The notes beneath the pieces are model-generated. The model worked only from the letters and a program-made list of their open reading frames with translations, searched no databases and was not told where the DNA came from. This document shows positions 36,952 through 48,802 of a stretch of 64,000 nt of DNA, piece after piece. The stretch comes from Oikopleura dioica (Eukaryota; Animalia; Chordata). The stretch covers positions 15,252,001 to 15,316,000 of the forward strand of contig OU015567.1 in the NCBI GenBank assembly GCA_907165135.1. Reading direction: 5' to 3'. Position 1 is the stretch's first letter; every line of letters starts with the position of its first letter. The position numbers and the translations under genes were made by a program.

Positions 36952-37261
36952 TTAAAAATTAACTGAACGAGTGGCAATCAATTTATAGTGACTTGTTTTT
37001 GAGACTGGAGAAAATTCCGGTAGTATATTTAAAATTTCAGCAGCGACTTTGAAGGAAGGAAAAAGATAAAGAGCTTCAAATATTAAGTTAGTTGTAATGA
37101 ATGAAAGTTGAATCAACCAGTGGCGATGGCGATTGTTTTGATCTGATTTTTCAGAAAAATAGAACATGTTTGAAGAGCTGGTAGTTTAACAGAAAGCTGT
37201 GGTGAGTTCTTGAACCGTTGAGCATTTTTTCAAGTTTCCGGAGAAAGTCGGACAGGGGAGG

Positions 37262-38753
37262 TCATCCCAGAGTGCTTGTTCGGGGGCCTGGCTCTTCCAG
37301 GTTCTTTCGCAGTTGAACAAGCCATCTTTTCGTGGTCCTGAATGTCGCTGTTAAGAAAAATCGCTGTCAAGTTAATGATGAGACATTAACTTTTATCAGA
37401 ATTTTCTTGAACAAAACAGAAAGTTCTGTATCTCGAAAAAATCAATTTTTTGTCGCAATTTTTGCCACCAAAAGAAGCACTTACTGGTCTTCTTTGAGAT
37501 CGGGCGCAAAAGTCGTGTCCTTGAGCTGTTCAGGAAGACATTGTCGGAGAGCTTCCTTCGCTCGGCAGTTGTCCGAAAGCCGCAAATAACATCTGACGAT
37601 GTGCTTGAGCAATCTTCCCGGATTTGAGTAATCCTAAGAAAGACATTTTCAAAAAGAAGGGGATCGAAGAGAATAAATCAAAATGAAAGCAGTCAAGAAA
37701 GAATGGTAATTGGGCGGATAAATGAGCTGTAAAATTTCCTGTAACTTCTGTTTTTTACCTCATGTTCTCGATAGTGCACCTGATAAAAAGAAAAACGGTA
37801 AAATTCGAGAATTTCAACAGTGATTTATGACTAACCTTTTCGGCCAAACGGTGAACCATCTTGTCGAGTGTCAGGGCAACATTACAGAATCTGTCGTACG
37901 TCTGAATAAATACGGGTCAAAATTAGAATGAGTAAGGAAAGTCTCACCGCGCAAATGTAGTCCAATCCTTGGTTATCGACCAGTATCTTTTGAAGAATGA
38001 AAGTGGCCACGGTTTTTGATAACTCGGAACCGCCGTCCATTATTTCCAAACAGAGAGGGACGATTTCAGTCTATGAAGGATTGAAGAACTTGTTTTTGGA
38101 AAAGGGAAAACCTGCAAAAGGAATGTAATGACTTCGTTTTCGTCGGTTTTGACGAGAGCGCCAATGACGCCCAAGGAAGTGAGACGGAGGTATTCGAAAC
38201 TTCGGTTTGCACTAAAACCAAATTAGAGATGATTATTTCGATTCAAAAGGTTACCTTTTAGTGCTGAGAAACGGATAAAGAAAGAGAGGAATATGAGCTT
38301 GAAGGAAAAATTGACGAGTATCCGGGTGAGAAGCGACGCATTGCAAAAGCGCCAGGGCGTTGCATACTCGATTTGACTAGAATTCAATAGAAAATTTAAG
38401 ATATTGTATAATCTTCTACCTGATTAGGTGTGAGAGTGGCGGGATCAATGGCGTGGTAAACGCCGACGATTTCTTGAAGAAGAACGGCTATGGTTCCGAA
38501 GGAATGCCAAAGCATTGGGGCAAGTTGCTCGACTTTTTCGCGCATTTTCGACAGCTCTAGCAAGGCAGTTTCGCGGGTTTCGGGGCTAGAGTTTCATTTT
38601 TCAAGAAAAAAGGGATGCTTTTCGATGATACCTTGTGAGTTCATTAATCCACTGATAGATTTTACGCATGTTCTGTTCGTGATCGAGGCCCTGATCGCGC
38701 CCATCGACCATGCCAGTCATCATCGTTTGAGGAAAAGAAGAAATGTCGTTCAT
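37262..38753 (-). CDS. CNOT9: CCR4-NOT subunit 9 (RQCD1/CAF40)
   Basis: [24 protein letters not shown]...[18 protein letters not shown]; [17 protein letters not shown]; [17 protein letters not shown]; [15 protein letters not shown]; TTKRWL. An N-terminal extension from upstream exons (38760-39200) is possible. Confidence 0.97.
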
Positions 38754-39306
38754 GACGAGTCGGTTGCCTAGCTGTCCTCCAAGCTGGCCACCGCCCAGTG
38801 ATGACTGTAACGACTGCTGCTTCCATTAGGATTAAGATTATCTTCAATTATTAATAATTAAATTGACTTTCATCCCTCAAAAACAACATTTGACAGCTTC
38901 TCAATCCCTTAAATTCAGGCCATACATCGGCGCCTTCCTATCTCCAGCAAAAAACTACTTTCTTGTCCTTTCTTCTGAATTCGAGTCTGTCGCTATGAAA
39001 GACTGGGCTGTTGGATTTGAGAGAAGTTGCCCCAGAAGGCGATTCGCTCTTTTTGCTCGCTCTGCGATTCGGGTGACTATTGCTCCGCCTACTCGCTTTT
39101 CCACGCTGATCATTGGCTGATAGATATTCACTACTCCTTTTCCTCTTTGAGAAATGGTCATTTTCCACCATATTTTTTTGATTTTCAGAGATTCTGACAT
39201 CCAAGAGACTTTTTTTCCCTGTTAGAGTAATTTCTTACTGCCCTTTTTATGCAAATGATAAGACCCATTTTCTAACAGAGCAATTTTTAGACTCAAAGAG
39301 GACCTT

Positions 39307-40358
39307 ATGGCGGACGCAGCTCCAGCCCAGGCATCCCGTGGTGGTTTCCGAGGTGGTTTCGGTGGTCGTGGCCGAGGACGCGGTCGAGGCCGTGGACGAG
39401 GTCGAGGCAAGCCCGAGCCAAAGGAATGGCAACCCGTTACCAAGCTCGGTCGACTTGTCAAGGACGGTAAGATCAAGTCCATCGAAGAAATCTACAACTT
39501 CTCCCTTCCCATCAAGGTAAAATTAGAATCTGAAGCCATTCTCTCATCTCGAATTTCAGGAGTTCGAGATCGTTGATCACTTCATCGGTCCCTCCCTCAA
39601 GGACGAAGTCTTGAAGATCAAGCCCGTCCAGAAGCAGACCCGAGCCGGTCAGCGAACCCGATTCAAGGCCATCGTCGCTGTCGGTGACGGAGCCGGTCAC
39701 GTCGGCCTTGGCGTCAAGTGCTCCAAGGAAGTCGCTACCGCTATCCGTGGCGCTATCATCCTTGCCAAGCTCTCTGTTGTCCCAATCCGACGAGGTTACT
39801 GGGGTAACAAGCTCGGTGAGCCACACACCGTTCCTTCCAAGGTACAAACTTAGAACCTCTTTCTGCGATGATAGCTAAAATTGAGAAGCCGCTTGCAGCT
39901 TCGAGCAATTTTAAAGGAACACACGCAAAGCGCGGTTTTTAAATTCTCTTGCTCTGAGCCGCAAGCGTCTTTTCGATTTGAGATACAAGCATAAAAACAA
40001 TTGTCGCTTCCCGTTTCTCAAAATTTATTTCTAGGTCCACGGCAAGTGTGGTTCCGTCCACGTCCGATTGATCCCAGCTCCCCGAGGAACTGGTCTCGTC
40101 TGTGGTCCAGTCCCCAAGAAGCTTATGCAGATGGCGGGTCTTGAAGATTGCTACACCTCCGCTTGCGGCTCCACCTCCACTCTTGGAAACTTCGCCAAGG
40201 CTACTTTCCAGGCCATCTGCGCGACCTACTCCTTCCTCACTCCCGATCTCTGGAAGGACGAGAAGCTCCCCGTCCCACCATTCGAGGAGTTCTCCGAGTA
40301 CCTCGCCCAGAACCACAAGCAGGGTGGCGTCCAGCGAAAGGAAGTCAAGAAGTACTAA
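39307..40358 (+). CDS. RPS2: 40S ribosomal protein S2 (uS5), 3 exons
   Basis: RG-rich N-terminus; [13 protein letters not shown]; [19 protein letters not shown]; LIPAPRGTG; GNFAKATF. Confidence 0.99.
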
Positions 40359-40559
40359 ACACCACCACCTGTTTAGCCCTGTTCCCAATTTTATTCTGCA
40401 ACTTTCACGAATTCTATTCGGGAATAAACTTCTGGCAAAAAAAAACTCATGCGTAGTTGCGTTTAGATTAAAAAATGGCAAGTGCGGAATTTTACAAAAA
40501 CTTCGGGGAAATTAGATGTTTCAAAACTGACACTAGACTTGAGTTTGAGCCTCCAGGTT

Positions 40560-41471
40560 AGCCAGTATCTTTCGAAGGGTTGAACAATTTCGTAGTGGAG
40601 TCGCGAAAGGAGGACATTTTCAGGCAGCATGAAGGCAAATGGGTTGATTTCTCGGTTTGCTGTGTTGATTGTGGAGGTTGAGGTTGCTAAGTATCCAGAG
40701 CTTCTAGTTATCAGCTGTTACAGCTATGGTAGTCACCTCAAAATGTAGGAATTCTGGCTGATAGAAAGCAACGTCGAGTGTACTCTCTACCGAGTACCGA
40801 TTGGGAAGCGATGCATTTCACTTGCTCTGAGACGAAGAAAGTATCAGATGAGACGATAAAACGGCGAAAAGCACCGCAGTTCGACATGGTTCTCTACTGT
40901 GCGCTTTGGTTGGAGATAAAAGATACCGACTTTGAGGGAGAAGTCGACGAGCTCGACTGCGAATGCAAAAGAAAGTACAAAAATAGGCTGTTTCGACCTG
41001 ATATTGTTGTGAAAATCTACAGCGGAGAGGACGGCGAGGTCTCCGTATCTTCTGGAATGGAAAGTTGCGTTGCCGAAAAGTTTCTAGAGCTAGGGAGGGT
41101 GCGGCCTGTTTTTCGCTTTCTGATCGCAGATCTGGTCATTTCGGTGATCCAGTTAGAGAGCTACCTGCAATTCGGGAGAGGATCAAAATTCAAGGTGAGT
41201 TTGATTGGTTACTGTCACGGTATTTTTACACGGGAATTGTTTCTAGCCCATGGTCAAAGTGGAGATCCACAGTGAATCACACCCGGTAAACAAAACACTC
41301 GTTGAAGTGGAGTTGGAGACTGAAGAGCGCCAAGGAGTGCAGATAAATTTCCCCCCGAAGAGAGTTTCTGAGCTAATGGACACTCTTCAAGCTAACAAGC
41401 TGCTACTGCCAGAGAATATCCGGGAAGACCGTTTTGTTTCGTTCCTAAGATTTTCCGTTGATAATAAGTAG
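40560..41471 (+). CDS. Uncharacterised gene between RPS2 and SHCBP1
   Basis: ORF 40778-41205 spliced (GTGAG donor) to 41247-41471; stop lies 31 nt before the SHCBP1 ATG; 5' end unresolved; no family recognised. Confidence 0.5.
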
Positions 41472-41502
41472 CTTCCTGAGTCTCAAATTTTCTCGCTTCA
41501 GA

Positions 41503-43455
41503 ATGAGTGTTGAAGGTCCGACGGAAATTGATGTCGCTGCGCCGCAGAAAGAGCTCGATGCTCAGCTGGACATCCAGGATGTTGAAAACTCTAACTCGGA
41601 AGACGAAGAATCCCAGTGTGGAGAGGATGACGAGACCGAGGAAAAGTATCAAACTCTCATTGAGCTTGAGCCCTTGACAATTCACCTCCAGCAAAGGTAG
41701 TCTCAAAAACCACCACTTTACTTTGCTAACGGTTTTTTAAAGATACTGGTTCTATTGCCGCGAGTGGGGTCTTTCCCGAATGCAAATGAAGGACGTTTAC
41801 AATGCCGTGCTTCAAGAAGCTTCTGGCACTTTGAACCCTGATCCTAGTGATCCTCCCTTCCTCTGCAAGTCTGAAGATGACGAGAGTATCTTCTACTGGC
41901 AGGTGTTGAACATCCAGGACGGCTTTGCTGAATGCCGATCGTTGGAGAATGAAGAAGTCGAACATGTAAGCAAAACTATCGCGAAGGAAATTCATGCCTA
42001 CTCATTTTAGATCCACTTGAATGACCTTGAAGTGCTGTTCTCTGGCGACGAGGATTTCAAAATCTCTCAGGAGCGACAGCTGATCATGGATATGTACAAC
42101 TTTTTCACGACCTTTGTCTACCCTCCATGGGGTCAGCTCGATGAGAGTAAGCTCAGAACATTCAAACGTTCATCTTATCTCCAATCCTAGGCATGAACGA
42201 AGTCCCATTTGAGCCCCTCCTCCGCGAGCGACTCAATCTTTTCAACCTCCTCGCTTCCGAGCATGTGCCTAAACATGCCGAGTTTCGATATCGAGTCCAG
42301 AAGATGGAATTCGAGCAAGCTTACGAAGACCTTGATCGCTTGACTGCGACTATTAATGAAATCCAGGTAGGCCACCACATTTGACTTCGTTTTTCATATT
42401 CGATAACAAGCGGGTTCAGAACGAAGTGCAGGAATCCGAAGAGGATCAAAGAAATCTCTTCGAGTCGATGTACAACCAGTACGCAAAGGTCTACCGATAC
42501 TGGCTCTACCACGCTGAAGGTCTCCAGAAAATGGAGGCTGAGATCTGGGAGAAATACCATATCACCGAAGAAGGGCCCGTCGAAGTCGGTTAGTAGATTT
42601 AGCAAAGAATAGGATGTGAAACTTCATTTTAGTTCGAAAGATCAACGGCCCTCGCCCTGAAAACGAAGGGCCAGTCCACCATCTTGTGGCTGAAATGCTC
42701 ACGATGAAAGACATCAAAGAGCTCAACTTGGCCGAAAATGCCAAAGTTCGATCCTACGCGACTTTGGATCTTACTGAAGCGCTCCAGGCCTGTCACGAGG
42801 GGGATACTATCATCCTCTTCCCTGGAACATATGAGTAAGAACTCATCTTTTGATTGCGAATAACTTTTGGTTAAGAATTCCTTACTTGTGCGACTACCTC
42901 TTCCACGAGTCGATCACAATCAAAGGCTGCACAGACAACGCAAACGACATCAACCTAATGGCCTCCGATCGCCAGCGCTTCTTCATCCTCGCCGATGCTG
43001 TCGACCTGCAGTTTCAGAACCTCACGCTCAACGCCCAGTATCACACTGAAGGCGCCATTTGCGTGCGAGGCGGCAGCGTCACCCTCGACAATGTGATCAT
43101 TCGCACTGATGAGGTCACCCGCGGCGTTGTCATCCATCCTTACTCAATTTGCAAGATGAACAACTGCGAGATCGAAGGAAAGCACGATATTTCCGTCGAC
43201 ATCAAGAACGGCGCCATTTTGGAGAAGAAGGGAACTAACAAGTTCGCTGTTGAGCCGGCTCTTCGAAAGATTCGACAACCATGTAAGAAAAAATCCAGTT
43301 AGCACTTTCATAACGATATTTCAGTGATCATTGATGTCGAAGAAGTTGTCCAGCCAAAAGAAATCGCTCCCGCTAGTGAGCCAGTAATGTACGCAAAGCC
43401 GAAGCCCGTCGTTGTGGCTCCACAGCAAGGCGCCGGCGATGTCATCTCTACATAA
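41503..43455 (+). CDS. SHCBP1: SHC SH2-binding protein 1 / Nessun dorma-like (C-terminal beta-helix)
   Basis: FFTTFVYPPW, LLRERLNL, EALQACHEGDTIILFPGTY and PbH1-type repeats follow the SHCBP1 motif order. Confidence 0.75.
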
Positions 43456-43895
43456 GTTCAAGCAGCACAGAACACAAAATACTCACAGAATTCCACTTAC
43501 CTTCTGCCCATATCGCCACATTTTAGCCTTTCTGCTTTATTTTTTACTTTTTTTCTATTTTTGTATTCTCAGCAAATATATTTTACAAAGAAAACCATAA
43601 GATACTCATGTGTTCTAACCATCCGGTGTTAATTCTGATGGGTGGTGGTCATAGCAAGGATGATAAAACATTGATAGGTCAGTCTTTGAGGCCCGCTGGG
43701 TCGCTGACGATAATCACACAGACACTTGAACTGAAGCTCACACTAAACTTCTATCAGTTTATTGTTGCAGGGCCCTATCATAGGGCATCACATCTTCATA
43801 AATACTAAAAGTCCAGTATCCCGTACTGCGAGAATCATAATCCTACGGCTTATCCGAACTTATGGGCATTTTTACCGGACAAACTCGTTTCGTTA

Positions 43896-45094
43896 ATGAT
43901 GAAAAAACGACTTCGAGTCAGTCTTACACCCACCATGGGGAAAACTTCTAAGACACTTGAATCTGATACAACTCACTCCAGATGATTCCAAATAACAACC
44001 CGAAAACGGGTTTCCTAAAATAAAATTTGCCTTCAGAAATATATGACGGAAGATGGGCCACTTTTTTACGAAAAATTGTCGTCTCGTGAATTTACGCCCG
44101 TCGAGCGTTTCCGACGAGCATCGTTGAAGGTTTTTGCAGGAGCACTTGGCCCGCCTCTGAGCTTTGTCTGGTCTTCTTTGCCGAAACATCTCGTGTTCAT
44201 GCACAAGGCAGAAAATGTGGCCGAAAACTTTTTCGCCGATCCGATGAAAAGTTTCGGTGTCGACTCACTTGATTACAAAATCACATCTTGCTCTGGAAAC
44301 ACAATCGGCCTTTGGGCAGTGAAGAAAGAGACATCAATCGGGTCCGTTTTATTTTGTCATGGGAGTGGAGGGAACAGGGCTTCTCCTCCTCATCGACTTG
44401 CTGTTTTGAAAAACTTCACTGCCCTAAATTTCAACATTGTTTCATTCGGTAACTGGTCCGTCTTTGACCTAATTTTGATAACTCTGTTAGACTATTCCGG
44501 TTTCGGTGATTCTTCTGGAGCCCCAAACTGCATCAACGTTGTGGAAGATACAATTTCTGCGTACAAATTTATGACTTCCCACTTCAAAGGCCCCTATCTT
44601 ATGTACGGTCATTCTCTTGGTACAGCGATCGCCATCGAGGCTACAGTTCGGTTGCAAAGTGATGAGAACCCAGTCGACGGGCTAATCTGCGATTCCTGCC
44701 TTCCCTCGATGCGGCGAGAAATGCTCGAGTATCCCACTGTACAGCTTTCCCGTTCGATTTACTCTGATCGCGTTTTCGAGTGGTTCGTCGACCACCACAT
44801 TCAAAAATCTGATCTAAACTTTAACACTGACTTGTCTATCGTCAAAGTGTCTTGTCCAATTTTACTTCTTCATTCCAAAACGACTCCGTTATCAAATGGG
44901 AACACGCGCAGAACCATTTCAAGGCAATTTGCGTCGAGGGCGTTTCGCGTTGGTGCAGATTTATCCTTTTCGAAGAGGTTCATAATTACGGCCACTGCGG
45001 AAACATCTATTTTCCCGGCTTGCCGTCGATCTTGACAGACTTCGTCAATGCTATCAAATTTAACGTACAGCGCTATCAAGCTGATGTACTCTAA
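43896..45094 (+). CDS. Alpha/beta hydrolase, ABHD12-like; apparent 1-nt frameshift at 44877-44880
   Basis: LFCHGSGGNR, F|DYSGFGDSSG, nucleophile elbow YGHSLG, CPILLLHS; continuation NDSVI...YGH lies in another frame. Confidence 0.75.
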
Positions 45095-45224
45095 GTTAAA
45101 TCGCCTACTCTAACTATGTCCTTGTTTACCTATCGTCCTTATTTCTTCAAACCATCTGTCTTTACTTCTTCATTCATTGTTTAGTACCAAATTGCTAAAA
45201 TTTAAAATATGTATTGTAGATAAC

Positions 45225-48015
45225 ATGTATAACAATGGGAGATTCATGAGTCGGCCGAATTTCCGCCGGCCGATGAAGAAGAAAAAGGGAAATGCCCTCG
45301 CTCACTTAGAGAAATTCACTGCTGTTCAGCAACTCGCCATATTTTGCCCAGATCTGAAAATAAACATCGAACAGCATCCCACAGAAGCGCAGTACTTCAA
45401 AGCGTCTTGCTTCATGCGCGGTCGACAAGTCGAAGCTTTTCACAAGGGCAAAAAGAATGCGAGGCAAGCACTGTGCTCAAAAATTATCAAGGTAGTTCTT
45501 GGGGAAAGCGTTTTAAAAATCTCTAGTAGCAATTCAAATTGCTCGACGATTGCCGGGGCGACGGTGCCTCTGAAAGCATGAGCATCGGCGTGCACCTCGA
45601 AGAAGAGCTTCCAAGCTGTGTTTCTTCTGCGAAAAGCGAGCCCACTTCATTCAAATCCGAGATCTCCAGCGAACAGCTCCAATCAATGGAAGTGATCATG
45701 CAGCAAGAAGTAAGCATCAAGTCCTTTTTGATCAGTCTTGATTTTTTGGCCAATTTTCTTTCAGTTAGACTCTGGCGCTACGCTTGCGTTAGTTTCAGAA
45801 TCTAACTGATAATTATTTTAGCCGGAAGTTAAGAATGAGCAAGCAGGGCCTCTTGCGAAAGGCTTGTGGTTGAATTTTTGTGAATCTTGATAAAAAAACC
45901 CTTTTTTTACTTTTTGTACCACTGTTGAAGCCCACGGTTATACCGGTTCTTACAACTCATCTTCTCTTCTCAATGATTTGGACAAAATGCCTGCCCAGCC
46001 GATGGAAACATCAAGCCAACCTTCATCTTCTAACTTGATGCCACCACCAGTTATTCATCGCGAAGAATACAGACTACCACCAGCTCGAAACGATAACACG
46101 AACAAAACGCCGATCTCTATTCTCCACGAAAGAATGAGGAAAGACGTGGACTTCCAATTCGCAGAAGCTGTCCGTGATATAAATACGGGTCTTTTCATGG
46201 TCCGAGTCGTATTCACTGATGGAATAATGTTTGACGGATTCGGCAGAAACAAGAAACTAGCAAAGCATCACGCCGCTGCTCTTGCGCTAGAAAGTAGATT
46301 TAACATGCCACAGTTTTCTCTTCCTGAAGGCGCTGGGCTCGGCAAAGCCGACCAGAAAAAAGCTGATATCGGTTTGCTAAAGGAGATTGATGTAATGATC
46401 GGGAAGGCGAAGAAAGAAAGCTTCCCCTCGCCGTCTAAAGATCCCTTGTACATCGACCCGGCGAAAATTATCTCGAGGGTAAATGAGCTTCATCCAGGCA
46501 TAGGCGCATTGGTCGTTACTACACAAGATGACGGAAAACAACCATTGTTCCATTGCTCTGTTACTGTAAATGGCACTGAATTCATGGGTCACGGACGAGC
46601 GAAGAAACAAGCCAAGTTTGACATGTGTTCGAAAATAATGCGAGATCTGCATGGCTACAACTTGAAGGCGCCCCGCGCGGGCCAAGAGATCTTCTGTTCT
46701 GAAGATATACAAACTAGAGGCCGTATAGCTGATAAGATGCAGGATGCCATTGTGATGAAGTTCAATGAACTCTGCGCGAAAGGAGTCGATCAGGTACTCT
46801 TTTCAAACCAAACTCGAATAACACTATTGATAGGATGCACATAAAATGAAAGTACTAGCTGGAATCTGTATGACAAGAGAGCCAGTTACTGATGAATCGG
46901 AAGAGATCCCGACGGTCATCGCTCTCGGAACGGGAACGAAAACCATGACTGGCGAGCACGTTTCTACCGTTGGAACGGCAGTTATTGACTGTCACGGTGA
47001 AATCATTAGTCGACGGAATTTGAAGCGATTCTTTTACTCCGAACTCCAAAAAATCGCCAATGGAGAGGGCCTCGCTTCCATTTTCGAAAGAAAGAATGGC
47101 CAAGGAAAATTCGCACTTAGAGACGGGATTAAATTCCATCTTTATATCAACACCACAACGTGTGGTGATGCGCGTGTTTTCAACCCGAATTCCAATGATG
47201 ATTTTGAAGATTTTAATAGTTCCAGAATGAGCCGAGGCATTCTTCGATCAAAGGTTCGATTAAGATTTCTTCTTAAGGAGTTTTAAGATTTTATTAGATC
47301 GAAAACGGGGAGGGAACAGTTCCGATTAACAAAGAAGAGTCAGTCTTAACATGGGATGGGATCATTGGAAACGCTCGACTGAAATCAATGAGTTGTTCTG
47401 ACAAAGTGATGCGCTGGAATGTTCTTGGTTTACAAGGAGCTCTGCTGAATCAACTCATCGAGCCGATCTATCTCTCTAGCATCTCTCTTGGAGGCCTGTA
47501 TCACCGTCAGCACTTCCCGAGAGCAATGTTTGAGCGAATTGAAAACATCGGCACTGATTACGCTTCCAGCTTCAGGCTCAACAAGCCAATGATGTCTCCG
47601 TGTGGAACTGAAGAGCCAAGAAGGGCCAAAAACACTCCTCCGTTCTCTATCAACTGGTGTATCATCGACGAAAAGCTTGAAAAAATCGATACAGTAACGG
47701 GTAAACAGATGACAAGAGAGCCTTCGAGATTATGTAAACGCGAGCTTTTTCAACTTTATCTGGTAATTAGTTTTCTTCTGCCTTTACACTTTTGAATATG
47801 CAATTGTTCAGCGAACCATCGAGCAGCTGGGCCCTGTGGTTGATAAATCCTACGCGCAGAAGATTCAAGAGATAAAAACGAAGAGCTACTTGGACGCTAA
47901 GAACTTATCAACAGAGTATCAAACTGTAAAGAATTCCCTCTACGAAAAGATGAAGGTTGCCAATGTTGGATATTGGGTGAAGAAACCTGAAGAGTTCGAG
48001 AGCTTTTCCATTTGA
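45225..48015 (+). CDS. ADAR: dsRNA-specific adenosine deaminase (three dsRBM-like domains plus deaminase)
   Basis: dsRBMs ending GKKNARQ, GRNKKLAKHHAA and GRAKKQAK; deaminase motifs GTGTK, DCHGEIISRR, TTCGDAR, IENGEGT, MSCSDKVMRWNVLGLQGALL, WVKKPEEFESF*. ADAR1 versus ADAR2 subclass not settled by eye. Confidence 0.93.
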
Positions 48016-48048
48016 AAGAGAGATCTATCAAGTGTCGCCAATTGTTAT

Positions 48049-48652
48049 GACGTGCTTTTTTTAAGGTTGTGCAATTTATTTCACCCACTTCCCCATTTTA
48101 AGACCCAGAACACCATACATATTTGGAATCAGTGAAAAAAATCTAAAAACTTGACCGTTTTAGTTTTTCGAAATTCACTTCCGGTTACGATTCTAGAGCC
48201 GGAAGTCCACGAAATTTATAAGAAATACGTACATATGACCTATCAAATTAAAGCTTGCAATAAATCTAGTCATCAATGACCGAAATCGAGTCCAACCGCG
48301 GTCAAAAAACGCCGGTAAACGACCGGTAAAAATTGAAAAATCTCCCATTAAATCATGCTTTTTTCATAGTTTTACCAGTCAGTTTAACCGCGTTTGGGAC
48401 TGTTTCTTCAAATTAGTTGATGATGAGATGACTGAGAATCTTCTGCGCATCAATTTGATAGGTCACGCTTTACCATGACTCCAAAATTTCGCCTACTTCC
48501 GGCTCTAGAATCGTTTCCGGAAGTGAATTTCGAAAAACTAAAACGGTCAAGTTTCTAGATTTTCTCCACTGATTCCAAATATGTATGGTGTTCTGGGTCT
48601 TAAAATGGGGAAGTGGGCGAAATAAATTGCACAACCTTAAAAAAAGAACGTC
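48049..48652. mobile_element. Non-autonomous element with ~165-bp TIRs and 3-bp TAT flanks
   Basis: GACGTGCTTTTTTTAAGGTTGTGCAATTTATTTC...GCCGGAAGT (48049-~48205) is the near-perfect reverse complement of ~48495-48652; TAT on both sides. Confidence 0.9.
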
Positions 48653-48802
48653 TATATTTCCTGACCAGAGCTCAAAAAGCATGATTCATCGCGTGCGTTT
48701 TGATGAGCTGTGAACTTTCCCCTGCCATCGCATTTTACTCAAAACGCCCTTTCCCTTTTACGTTTACTCATTTACCATCCTTCAAAAATTAAATTCAAAC
48801 AA

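Noticed and set aside
38860-39204. Minus-strand ORFs between CNOT9 and RPS2 as a distinct gene
   Set aside because: Could be upstream CNOT9 exons or a small gene; no homology or unique splice solution, so not called.
39249-39256. Octamer ATGCAAAT upstream of RPS2
   Set aside because: A single 8-mer is expected about once per 30 kb by chance in AT-rich DNA; no supporting context.
39842-40034. snoRNA in RPS2 intron 2 (vertebrate RPS2 hosts snoRNAs)
   Set aside because: Boxes are weak and the structured part matches the family A internal GAAGCCGC hairpin, so a MITE relic is more parsimonious.
39939-40515. Overlapping antisense and alternate-frame ORFs over RPS2 and other GC-rich exons
   Set aside because: Shadow ORFs from codon bias in highly expressed genes; no independent evidence.
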